A stretch of DNA of 64,000 nucleotides from the sequence record DRR723986_9968; one strand, written 5' to 3'. Position numbers and translations under genes: made by a program. Of this stretch, positions 38,012-48,200 are shown one piece after another. Within the stretch, counting starts at the first letter, position 1; every line of letters starts with the position of its first letter. The notes below the pieces were generated by a model that did no database searches, was not told where the DNA came from, and saw only the letters and a program-made list of their open reading frames with translations.

Positions 38012-38584
38012 TTAAAATGTAAGACCCAAGCCAAACGCAAACCTTAGCTCATCTAAATACACCGGATAAGAATTTGTTTTATGCTTGCCGAATATGTATC
38101 TCGTCTCAAAAAACAAAAAGAAAAACTTCTCACCATAGTAGGTAAAACCAGCAACAGGAGACCCTACGGGATTAATAGATTTTTTATATTCAACCTCCCC
38201 TGTTTCGCTATTTAGCGTTCCATATTCTGATGATTGTGTTAAAGCGGCTCCCGGTTGGAATCCAATATAAGGCTGAAATTGTTTCTCAGAAAAGTGATAC
38301 AGTGCGCCAAAATAGAGTTGATGATTCATAGTAAACCTAGGTCTATCTCCAAATTGATTGAGAAAATAAAATCCATCACCTCTGATGTGAATACGATCTT
38401 TTAGAAAACCTAAATAGCCATTAAGAGAAATACTTTGTGTTTTCTCAGTTTGAAGACCCGGAGCAAAAGACAAAGCAGCATTTATTCTCCAGTCATCAGA
38501 AATCCTCCATTTTTTTTCTTGAGCAAAAGAGTTTAAAGCCAACAATAAGCAGCCAAGTAATGCAATCTTTTTAATTGTTACCAT
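38012..38584 (-). CDS. Putative outer-membrane beta-barrel protein
   Basis: Signal peptide, QPYIG, alternating strands and terminal Phe. Confidence 0.7.
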   Translation of the reverse strand: MVTIKKIALLGCLLLALNSFAQEKKWRISDDWRINAALSFAPGLQTEKTQSISLNGYLGFLKDRIHIRGDGFYFLNQFGDRPRFTMNHQLYFGALYHFSEKQFQPYIGFQPGAALTQSSEYGTLNSETGEVEYKKSINPVGSPVAGFTYYGEKFFFLFFETRYIFGKHKTNSYPVYLDELRFAFGLGLTF

Positions 38585-39276
38585 AAGTCTGCTATTCTAA
38601 AGTTCATACTTGCCGTTATCAAAACATGACCTTCTAAACGTGCTTGACCTGTTTGATTACTGTGATCGTGGGTCTCTAGATAAGCTCCAGAAGGGGTGTC
38701 CATAATTTCATAATCGAGATGTTTACCTAAATGCATCATGTATTGTGCATTTAAACTGATATCAAATCGATCTGTGATAAAAAAATGAGAGCCAAGCCCA
38801 GCTTGAATTGCCGAACTCCAACGTGTAACTGCTTCTGATGATCGATCTAAGTAGGGAGTGCTAATTGGTGTCACTTTCGCATAATCAAAGCAATGGCCTG
38901 CTATGGCGAACGGAATAATCCTGCCTGATTGTTTCGGATAAAACAAAACGGACCAACCGATATGCGCATTGTTTCTGGTACCGGCTCCATTTAGGTCCAA
39001 GGTGATCCAATCGGCAAACCATTCAGTATTTACATAATTGAAAATTTGCCAACGCATTTGACCTCCAACTCCTAACCCCGGAATCTTATCATGTCCAAAT
39101 AAGCTAGTTGTCGTTCTCATTCCTAATGAGAATTGACCTTTTTCAATATAGTTACTTGTCGTTTTTTTATTACCTATTTTTGAAGGGGTGATTTGACTCG
39201 TGGTTGAATCAGGTTGTGCGTAGGTTAATAAAGCAAAACAACAGCTAAGGGTGATAGCGGTTAATCTCTTTTTCAT
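38578..39276 (-). CDS. Putative outer-membrane beta-barrel protein
   Basis: Signal peptide (MKKRL...YAQ), amphipathic strands and QAGLGSHF. Confidence 0.7.
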   Translation of the reverse strand: MKKRLTAITLSCCFALLTYAQPDSTTSQITPSKIGNKKTTSNYIEKGQFSLGMRTTTSLFGHDKIPGLGVGGQMRWQIFNYVNTEWFADWITLDLNGAGTRNNAHIGWSVLFYPKQSGRIIPFAIAGHCFDYAKVTPISTPYLDRSSEAVTRWSSAIQAGLGSHFFITDRFDISLNAQYMMHLGKHLDYEIMDTPSGAYLETHDHSNQTGQARLEGHVLITASMNFRIADLW

Positions 39277-39409
39277 AGTATTTAAACTTTTAAACACTCA
39301 GTTTATTGCCTAAAGATAAATTTTAATTATCAGATAATCTTAAATCTTAATTTTCATTTATTCGTTTTGTTAAACTTCACTTTTTAAGTAGATTAGAAAT
39401 AAAAAAGAC

Positions 39410-39862
39410 ATGAGTAACATTCAACATTTTTATGATTTAATTGAACGAAGTATACAACAACTTGGTGTAGACCCGGTTATTACCAGGGGTCAAATTGCTG
39501 GCCAATGGTCCTTGGTTAAAGGAAGCGCTAAAGTCTATATCGATTGCTGGCACATAGAAAGTGAGGGTCGTTCTTACTTACAAGTTATGGCACCCGTTAT
39601 GCAAATTCCAGCAACTCAAAAAGAGTCATTCTATTTCGATTTACTATCATTTAATAATAAATTATATTCTTCAGCTTTTGTGCTGCATAATGATTGGGCA
39701 TGGGTAAAAATGTTGAGAGAATGTGATGGTTTAGATCAGGCTGAAACGTTTGCCATAATCTCACGAGTAGGGCATTACGCAGACCAATATGATGATTTGC
39801 TGAAAGCACATTATGAAAGTACAGCAGCCAAAGATTCGGCAGATGCAACTGGTTCACGATAA
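39410..39862 (+). CDS. YbjN-domain (T3SS-chaperone-like fold) protein
   Basis: WSLVKGSAKV, LQVMAPVM, LLSFN and VGHYADQYDD motifs. Confidence 0.7.
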   Translation: MSNIQHFYDLIERSIQQLGVDPVITRGQIAGQWSLVKGSAKVYIDCWHIESEGRSYLQVMAPVMQIPATQKESFYFDLLSFNNKLYSSAFVLHNDWAWVKMLRECDGLDQAETFAIISRVGHYADQYDDLLKAHYESTAAKDSADATGSR

Positions 39863-40255
39863 ATGCAAGATTTTAAATACGAAACCTACGTTGAATTATT
39901 TGATTCGCTTGAGCCCGAAGAGCAAATAATTGTTCAAACATTGAAAGAAATTATTGAGACAAACATTTCTGACATTAAATGTAAATTAAGTTGGAACATA
40001 CCAGCATTTTATAGAAACAAAAGTATTTGCTACATATGGCCGGGGAGTGTAGCCTGGGGAAAACAGACTTTTTCTGGAGTGCAATTAGGGTTTAATCACG
40101 CAAATAAGATGAATCCTAACAATTATCTTGAGCGCGGAAATCGCAAACAGGTCTATTGGAAAATATTTCACTCGATAGAAGAGATTGAAAATGACTATGA
40201 AATAATCTCCGAACTGTTGCAAGAAGCCAACGAGATTGATTTGGTGAAAAAATAA
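39863..40255 (+). CDS. DUF1801/YdhG-like protein
   Basis: KLSWNIPAFY, ICYI, VQLGF and LLQEA motifs. Confidence 0.75.
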   Translation: MQDFKYETYVELFDSLEPEEQIIVQTLKEIIETNISDIKCKLSWNIPAFYRNKSICYIWPGSVAWGKQTFSGVQLGFNHANKMNPNNYLERGNRKQVYWKIFHSIEEIENDYEIISELLQEANEIDLVKK

Positions 40256-40365
40256 AGGGAGTCCTTCCTGCTTACAAAAGAACTCCCCCTCCCTTTAGCG
40301 GAATCACCGCCCATGAAAAAATTACTATATCCCAAATTTAACTGCTCAGAATCGAGCAATTGACT
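40248..40365 (-). ncRNA. Candidate small RNA 1 (three hairpins, anti-ATGAAAAAA motif, intrinsic terminator)
   Basis: Hairpins at 40340-40361 and 40298-40310, terminator at 40257-40287 plus U-tract. G-U wobbles work only on the minus strand. No minus-strand CDS follows. The 5' end is approximate. Confidence 0.55.
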
Positions 40366-40489
40366 AAAACTATTTGTTAGGCAAAAATTAGACGTTCACT
40401 TGACAAACGGTGAACATAAAAGTTGATAAACGGTTTATTTGTAGGATGCATGATATATTCTGAATCAAACTCTTAATTTTGTCATCTAA

Positions 40490-41518
40490 ATGAATCAGTT
40501 TACAAAAGGTTATTTACGGTTTTCTTGGTTGACTTTGGTGTTTATTTACCTAGTTATTATTGCTGGTTCAGTTGTTAGAACATCTGGGTCGGGCATGGGC
40601 TGCCCAGATTGGCCTAAATGTTTTGACCAATACATTCCGCCCACTTCTGAATCACAACTGCCAATTGATTATAAAGATAAGTATGCTGAATATCGAGCCA
40701 AAAAGATCGAGAAGTTTTCGAAATTTTTAACCGCGATTGGATTTGAAGAAACTGCACAAGAGTTAAGAAATGATGATTCTTTGCTAATTGAGCAAGATTT
40801 CAATGCGCGTAAAACTTGGGTAGAATATGGCAATAGGTTAGTAGGATTTATCGCCGGAAATATGGTATTAATTCTATTCATTTGGACGGTAATCCGGTAC
40901 AGAAAAAAAAGAGCCCTACTTATCCTGACCTTTATAAACCTCATATTAATGGGTATTGAGGGGTGGTTTGGATCTATCGTGGTGGCAACGAATTTGGTTC
41001 CTTGGACAATTACCTTGCACATGTTCTTAGCTCTTGTAATCGTTGGTATTCACATCAAAATTATTCGTATAATCCGTGATAGGAGCTATCAATTGCAACC
41101 CCAGCCCCTATTTAAGTACCTTTTTTATTTCTCTGTCATCTTGACATTTATTCAGATAATTTTAGGTGCACAAGTCAGGCAAGAAATAGATTTTATGGTT
41201 TTTGAAATGGTAGATCGCAGTTCATGGATATCCAACATGGAAGGAGATTTTTATTTTCACCGATCATTTTCATGGCTTTTACTTGGTGTCAACCTCATCT
41301 TACTTTATTTGAATAAGAAAAAGAAATATGGTATTCCTACGATTAAAATAATTGTTGGATTACTGTTAGTTGAGTTCATAACCGGTGTGTTATTTTCATA
41401 TGCCAATATGCCAGCATTCACTCAACCAGTGCACCTCTTGGCTGCCTCAATACTCCTTGGTGTACAATACTTTACTTTTGAGTATTTCCATTTCAAGCGT
41501 GAAAGCATGATTCGTTAA
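40490..41518 (+). CDS. ctaA: Heme A synthase (COX15/CtaA family)
   Basis: VRTSGSGMGCPDWPKC, WVEYGNR, LHM, FHR and PVHLL motifs. Confidence 0.88.
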   Translation: MNQFTKGYLRFSWLTLVFIYLVIIAGSVVRTSGSGMGCPDWPKCFDQYIPPTSESQLPIDYKDKYAEYRAKKIEKFSKFLTAIGFEETAQELRNDDSLLIEQDFNARKTWVEYGNRLVGFIAGNMVLILFIWTVIRYRKKRALLILTFINLILMGIEGWFGSIVVATNLVPWTITLHMFLALVIVGIHIKIIRIIRDRSYQLQPQPLFKYLFYFSVILTFIQIILGAQVRQEIDFMVFEMVDRSSWISNMEGDFYFHRSFSWLLLGVNLILLYLNKKKKYGIPTIKIIVGLLLVEFITGVLFSYANMPAFTQPVHLLAASILLGVQYFTFEYFHFKRESMIR

Positions 41519-41621
41519 TTAGCATGGATTTAAAAAAAACCAAACTTTTGGCAAATTGAGTCGTCTTATTAAAAAATTGGCCTTAAATTTGCTGCTGCTT
41601 TAAGCAAACGAAAATAACTAG

Positions 41622-42002
41622 ATGCTACTTAAAAAAATTATTCTTCGAAACTCTGACCCTTTTGAAATGGCCATAGAAAAATGGTGTAAACAAAACAACG
41701 TGAATGTTGAAGTATTTGATGGCAAAGAGAGTTTATTCGAATTAGTTTCTGCTTTAGTGATTATGCATTCAGATCACAACATCTCTAAAGAAAATAAAGA
41801 CTTAAGAGATGCTATGGAGAAAAATCATAAACCAACTCAAGAAATTGACATTAATGGTACCATGAATGCTTCAATTTCATCACTGAGATTTTGGATTGAA
41901 AACAATCGACCTGAGAATATTTTAATGGTTGGTGATGAAAAACTTTTGGACAATACACGTTTCGAAGATTACTTCAATCAATTGAAGCAACATTTAAATT
42001 AA
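41622..42002 (+). CDS. Hypothetical protein, possibly a degenerate cpYpsA/SLOG-like fold
   Basis: KNHKPTQEIDI...RFWIENNRPENILMVG resembles the C-terminal part of molybdenum-carrier/cpYpsA proteins; TAAATTTG at 41584. Confidence 0.55.
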   Translation: MLLKKIILRNSDPFEMAIEKWCKQNNVNVEVFDGKESLFELVSALVIMHSDHNISKENKDLRDAMEKNHKPTQEIDINGTMNASISSLRFWIENNRPENILMVGDEKLLDNTRFEDYFNQLKQHLN

Positions 42003-42436
42003 GCGCCTGGCGTTTGATAAACCCATTTACCGCCTTCCCATTTGTAATACATTGAAAGATGCCCAAACGCAGTTACGATAGCCTGTTGCGTTTTTGCATC
42101 AGTTACTTCAGTCCGCATAATTTTGTCAACGTTCATAGCTTTGGAGGAGGCCGCACTGGCCGCTGCTGAACCTGCCATTCTAGTTGCTTGACCTGCAGCT
42201 CCGCCAATAACTCCTGAAAGAGCATTAGAGGCCATATTAATTCCTGTTCCAACTGCAGCTGCTTTTCCAGCTTGTTTCATGGCGTTTTTCATCATCTCAT
42301 CTTGATCGGGCATCACTACCGCCACAGTTTCTAAGGGCGTTTCTTGGCCCTCAGCTTGAAATTTTAACTTAATCATCATTCCCTCATTCTCCTGAGAAAC
42401 GATTAAAGATTTGATATTTTCATAGGTAATTTCCAT
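41999..42436 (-). CDS. Hypothetical protein with a central Gly/Ala-rich segment
   Basis: Clean ORF with an ATG start and A-rich leader. Confidence 0.65.
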   Translation of the reverse strand: MEITYENIKSLIVSQENEGMMIKLKFQAEGQETPLETVAVVMPDQDEMMKNAMKQAGKAAAVGTGINMASNALSGVIGGAAGQATRMAGSAAASAASSKAMNVDKIMRTEVTDAKTQQAIVTAFGHLSMYYKWEGGKWVYQTPGA

Positions 42437-42496
42437 ATCTCTAATTTACTTTATTCTGTTAAAATGCTTCAATTGACTGTTTAAATATCAACGCAT

Positions 42497-42530
42497 AAAA
42501 AAAGGTATGCCTTTTTACAAAACATACCTT
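42497..42530 (-). terminator. Intrinsic terminator downstream of the PPIase gene
   Basis: AAGGTATG...CATACCTT stem with an adjacent A7 tract (U-tract on the minus strand). Confidence 0.65.
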
Positions 42531-42552
42531 AAAGTTATTTTTTTAATTCAAA

Positions 42553-43959
42553 TTATTTGATTCCCAGCATTTCAACATCAAAAATTAAATGTGAATTGGC
42601 TGGTATTCCTGGTCGGGCATTGGCACCATAAGCTAGCCAATGAGGGATAATTAATTTAATTTTTCCTCCAACACTCGCCAAAGGAATTCCTTCGTCCCAA
42701 CCTTTAATAACTCTACCTTGACCTAAAGGGAAAGAAAAAGGTGTTCCCCTATCAACTGATGAATCAAACTTTGAACCATCTAATAATGTACCTGTATAAT
42801 GAACCTCAACTGTTTGCCCTGGTTTAGCAAAAGTGCCATTACCTTCTTTTTCAATGATATACATTAATCCAGATTCTGTTTGCTTAGCAGAAGGGAATCT
42901 TGAAGCCATTTGATCTTTAAATTCAGTTGCCAGTCTTTTATTTTCTTCAGCCAAATCCTTCACACTAATTAGCTCCATGTCAAAGGTTAATGTTGCATTG
43001 GGAGGTATAGAACCTTTTCCATGCTCGCCAAAACCTAACCAAGATGGCATAATTAACTTCATAGTTCCTCCCGCTTTCATCAATCCAATGGCCTCTTGCC
43101 AACCTGGCAGAATAGGCTGAACTTCATACTCAAATTTAAATGGAGTCCCTCTGTCTTTTGACGATTCGAATTTACTTCCATCAGGCAAATATCCAGTATA
43201 ATGTAGCTCTACTAAATCACCTTTTTTAGGAAATTCACCTTCACCAACAACCGTATGAATGTACATTAGTCCAGATTCTGTTTGTTGAGCATTAGGGTAC
43301 TTTTCAATGTTCTCTGCTTTAAAAATCTCGTTTCGTTTAGCCAATTTTTCAGCTTCAGCAGCCTTTAAAGCAGTAATTTTCTCATTAAAAACGGCTGAAG
43401 CCTTGAATTTTTTAGCCTCTTTTCCTACTCTGATTATTGTAACCGTATTCATGACATCATCTTGAACAATCTTGTTTACAACATCCATTCCTTGAACAAC
43501 ATGACCAAATACTGCATGCTTACCATTTAACCATGGAGTTGCTTTGTGCGTAATGAAAAACTGCGACCCATTAGTGTTTGGACCAGAATTGGCCATTGAT
43601 AAAATTCCCGGGCCACTATGAATTAAACTGGTATCAATTTCATCAGGAAAAGCATAACCTGGATTTCCAGATCCATTTCCTAAAGGATCTCCACCTTGAA
43701 TCATGAAATCATTTATTACTCTATGAAATTTAATCCCGTTATAAAACGGCTCAGTTATTTTTGTATCATTATATTCCAAATTACCTTCTGCCAATGCAAC
43801 GAAGTTCGCCACGGTCATAGGAACCTTCTTGAATTCTAACTGTATTGTTATATCACCTTTATCTGTCGAAATCAATGCATACAATCCGTCTTCAAGATCA
43901 CCTTGAGCCTGAGAAAATCCGGCAAGTAAAATGGATAATACCAATATTATTTTTTTCAT
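42553..43959 (-). CDS. Peptidyl-prolyl isomerase: cyclophilin domain plus two FKBP domains
   Basis: [15 protein letters not shown] and [18 protein letters not shown]; two HYTGxLxDGSKFxSS FKBP motifs. Confidence 0.95.
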   Translation of the reverse strand: MKKIILVLSILLAGFSQAQGDLEDGLYALISTDKGDITIQLEFKKVPMTVANFVALAEGNLEYNDTKITEPFYNGIKFHRVINDFMIQGGDPLGNGSGNPGYAFPDEIDTSLIHSGPGILSMANSGPNTNGSQFFITHKATPWLNGKHAVFGHVVQGMDVVNKIVQDDVMNTVTIIRVGKEAKKFKASAVFNEKITALKAAEAEKLAKRNEIFKAENIEKYPNAQQTESGLMYIHTVVGEGEFPKKGDLVELHYTGYLPDGSKFESSKDRGTPFKFEYEVQPILPGWQEAIGLMKAGGTMKLIMPSWLGFGEHGKGSIPPNATLTFDMELISVKDLAEENKRLATEFKDQMASRFPSAKQTESGLMYIIEKEGNGTFAKPGQTVEVHYTGTLLDGSKFDSSVDRGTPFSFPLGQGRVIKGWDEGIPLASVGGKIKLIIPHWLAYGANARPGIPANSHLIFDVEMLGIK

Positions 43960-44072
43960 CTTTAAATTTTATTTATCACAAATATAACAATTTGTGTGCC
44001 GTCCTAAAATTGACCTATTATTAACCCGATATTCAAATCGATTAGTTTCGTTTTTAACCTTAAATTTGACTC

Positions 44073-45080
44073 ATGGTTTTTGTCACTGGAGGAACAGGCT
44101 TAGTTGGATCACATCTCATTCTTGAATTATTATCAAGAGGTGAAGATGTGAGGGTACTGAAACGTAAAAATTCTAACCTCGCTCAGCTAGAATCCCTATT
44201 TGATTTCTATTTAGGAAATAAAGCCAGTGAACAACTACAAAAAATTAACTGGATTGAAGGAGATATTCTGGATATTACGTCATTGGAAGACGGAATAAAA
44301 GGATGTAATCGCGTTTTTCATTGTGCCGCAATCGTTTCTTTCGTTCAGCGAGATTTTAAGAGAATGATGAAAATCAACAAGCACGGAACAGCAAATGTTG
44401 TAAACGTATGCTTGGCAAATCAAGTAGATCACCTTTGCTATATTAGCTCTACTGCGGCAATAGGACGAAACAGTGACTCTGAAATTTACACGGAAGAAAA
44501 TAAATGGGTAAATGGGCCGGAGAACTCCAATTATGCTGTTTCTAAATATTCAGCCGAAAATGAAGTTTGGCGGGGAGTTGAAGAGGGGCTTGATGCGGTA
44601 ATAGTTAATCCGTCAGTAATTTTAGGCCCTGGGGATTGGAATCAGAGTTCATTAAGTATTTTCAAGGTTATCAAGAAAGGATTAAAGTTTTATACCCCAG
44701 GTGCAAATGCCTTTGTAGATGTGAGAGATGTGGCAACCGCAATTTGCGAATTATCAGAGCGCAAAATGTTCAACAGAAGGTATCTAGTGTTTTCAGAAAA
44801 CTTGAGCTTTAAAAGCTTGTTTGAAAAAATGGCAAAAGCATTTCAAGTTAAAGCACCGTCAGTTCGCGTAAGACCTTGGATGGTAGGAATTGCATGGCGA
44901 ATTGAAGCACTTTTAAGATTGATCTTCGGGAAAAAGCAAAATATTACTAAAGAAACAGCGAACAGTTCAATGAAAATTAGTGAATATTCTAATGAAAGAA
45001 TCAAAAATGAATTAAATTTTGAATTCATATCCATTGATGACTCTATAGAACACGCAGTTCAGTACTTTAGCCGATATTAG
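44073..45080 (+). CDS. NAD-dependent epimerase/dehydratase (extended SDR)
   Basis: VTGGTGLVG, HCAA, YAVSK and NPSVILG motifs. Confidence 0.9.
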   Translation: MVFVTGGTGLVGSHLILELLSRGEDVRVLKRKNSNLAQLESLFDFYLGNKASEQLQKINWIEGDILDITSLEDGIKGCNRVFHCAAIVSFVQRDFKRMMKINKHGTANVVNVCLANQVDHLCYISSTAAIGRNSDSEIYTEENKWVNGPENSNYAVSKYSAENEVWRGVEEGLDAVIVNPSVILGPGDWNQSSLSIFKVIKKGLKFYTPGANAFVDVRDVATAICELSERKMFNRRYLVFSENLSFKSLFEKMAKAFQVKAPSVRVRPWMVGIAWRIEALLRLIFGKKQNITKETANSSMKISEYSNERIKNELNFEFISIDDSIEHAVQYFSRY

Positions 45081-45221
45081 AGGATTTAACGGTAATTTTA
45101 GTTCAACACGAAAATAACGAATTTTAATTTAGTTGTTATTTTATCGATAATTAGCAACTGCTCAACGAATTAAGCGTCATAGAAATGAACGATTTATTAA
45201 TTTAATCGCTCTAACCACACT

Positions 45222-48200
45222 ATGAAAAAATTTATTCTAAGTCTAATTTGCCTATTTAGTCTTCTTGACGGATATTCTCAACTAGACGTAAAACACTTTA
45301 TTCCACCTTTGTATGGTAGAACGAATGTACAGAATCATTACATGATTCTGTCAACACCTTCTGCTGCACCAGTCAATGTTGACGTAAAAAACGGTCAAGG
45401 AACAATATTATTCAGTGTGGTGATTACTGATGTTGCTCCATCAACCACTCTATTAGGAACGGGATATGCCGCAGATGGAATAATAAATACTGCTGAACTA
45501 AACACTGTTAATCCTACTGACGGATTTATTGTAGAAGCGTCTGCTCCAATTTATGTAAACCTAAGACACGTGCAGAATGCCCAAGGTTTGAGTTTGAATT
45601 CGAAAGGAGCTAGTACTGGATTAGGAACACGTTTTCGTTCAGGACATATTTTTAACTCTGCCGCTCTTCCTCATGTAAAAGCCAGTGAAATTTCTGTAAT
45701 GGCTTCAGAGGATAATACCACAGTGACGTTTACTGATATCAAACCGAACGTTGTATTTAGAGGAACACCAACAACGGCGGGAACATCAAATGATATAGTT
45801 GTCAACTTAAACGCAGGTGAATCTTACACTATTGCGGCATGGCTTGACGAACCAGGAGCAACCGGAAATGTAAATGATGTAAACGGAACATTGATAACTT
45901 CAACAAAACCGATTGCATGTAACACAGGATCATGGCTAGGTGGAGCTCACGGAAATTTAAGAGATATAGGAGTTGATCAAATTGTACCTGCAGATTTAAT
46001 TGGTACACAATACATCTTCGTTGAGGGTGATGGAAATGCTAATACAGAGAGGCCACTTGTGGTTGCTGAATACAACAACACAGACATTTTTGTTAATGGA
46101 AACCCTGTACCTATAGCGAATATCAACGCAGGAGAATATTTTTATTTACCACAAACAGCTTATTCTGCAAATGACAATATTTATATTGAAACATCAGAAC
46201 CGGTTTTTATGTACCAGTCATTATCCGGTGCCAGCCCGGCTGCCACTAGCTTAAACTTTATTCCACCACTAAGATGTAACGGCTTTAAAAAAGTTGTTAT
46301 TCCATCAGTGAATCTTGTTGGTGTACCAACGGTGAGTATTACTGCAAGAACAAATGCAAGCGTTTTTGTAAATGGATCTGCAACTCCCTTGACTGGTGGT
46401 TTGACGGTACCTGGAAATGGATGTTGGGTAACTTATAAAATACCAGGTGGAGTTGGTGATTTTGTTGTAGAATCTGACAGTATCATCAATGTAGCTCTAT
46501 TGACTTTACAAGGGCCTAGAGGAAGTGCTGGTTACTTTACTGGCTTTGCCCAATTTACCCAAATCGATCAAGGTGATACCTCGTCTTTTATTGTTTGTGA
46601 GGATCAAGCGTCTAGCTTTGTCACCTATAATATTGACGGCCCGTTTTTTAATATTTCGACTAATTTTCACGACCCTTCTTTAGGTGGTGCCGTAACTGTT
46701 GATGGCTTTAATGCCGATACCTTATTCTTCACCTATACAAGGAACCCAGGAACAAATGGTCCAGACACTTTAGATCTAACTGTATGTAAATTACTAGATT
46801 GTTGTGGTGCTGCTCCAGATACAATTTGCGAAACCTCTACACTTGTTTTTACCAATATCAATGCAATTAATACGGGAATTGGTGACTCATTAACCGCTTG
46901 TGCAGACACAACAGATATTCAAGTTGCTGATATTTTACTAGGAACCCCTGACCCTGGTTATTGGGTAGATACAGACAATACCGGTGCATTATTTGGTAAT
47001 ACCATCAACACATCTTCATTAGCCCCAGGAGTGTATAATTTCACTTATTATGTGGATGGTGGATCTATTTGCTTCGACTCAACCATTGCGACTATTAACG
47101 TGCTGCCTATGTCAAGTTCAGAATGTTGTTCTATTGATCCAAATTTTGTACTGGCCGATCCGACCTGTTTTGGATTTACGGACGGTTCCATGGTAATTAC
47201 TGATCAATACGCAACAGATTATAGTATTGACGGAGGTACCACAACTCAAGGAAATGGTAACTTCCCTGGGATTGGTGCAAACAATTATAACGTGAACCTA
47301 TCCTTTGGACCGGATTGTATTTATGATACTGTAATCGTTATAAATGAACCTGCACAATTGGCATCAACTTTCGTGATTGATTCGGTTTCATGTAATGGCG
47401 ATTGTGACGGTCAAATTCAAGCTAACGCATCAGGTGGAACAACTCCATATACCTACTCATTAGGAGGTACTCCCGGACAAGCATCCAACACCTTCTCAAA
47501 CCTTTGTGCCGGACCAGCTACTATTACCATAACTGATGCAAATAATTGTCAAGAAGTATTTCCAAATACAATATTTGAACCAGCCGTACTCACCATTTCA
47601 GTGGGATCTGTAACTGACGAAACTTGTACACAAGCAAATGGTTCAATTACGGTTAATGCGAACGGCGGGACTGCTGCATATACTTATACTCTAGATGGTG
47701 GAGCTGCACAATCAAGTTCTACATTCAATAATTTAGCTGCTGGGACTTACACTTTAGAAGTTACTGATTTTAATGGTTGTACAGCATCCATGGACATAGA
47801 TGTTGTTGACAACCCACCTCCTGCTCCTTTTGTTGATGTTCTGAACAATGTGACTTGCGCAGGTGGACTTAACGGATCAGTAACAATTGGTGTAGTTGAT
47901 GGAACCGCACCTTTCCAATACAGCTTAAATGGTGGAGCAAATCAAGCCAGCAATACTTTTCCAGCAGTGCCTGCCGGAAACCATACGGTAGTTGTAACTG
48001 ATATCAACGGATGTACTGGATCAATAAACTTTGATATAACTCAGCCTACTGCCTTGAATTACTCAACAGTAGTAACTCAAGTAAGTTGTTTTGGTGATTG
48101 TGATGGTCAAATCGTTGTAACTGCAGGAGGAGCTACGCCACCATACACTTACAGCTCTGATAATGGCCTTACCTTTTCACCAATTAATACTTTAGATAAT

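Noticed and set aside
39410-40255. YbjN + DUF1801 pair as a toxin-antitoxin or defence module
   Set aside because: No toxin or nuclease motifs are visible, and both are common stand-alone families.
40313-40363. Plus-strand micro-ORF MKKLLYPKFNCSESSN (and MKKSTND... at 57883)
   Set aside because: Each ATG directly follows a GC hairpin rather than an A-rich leader, and the wobble pairs and U-tracts favour a minus-strand RNA. Not formally excluded.
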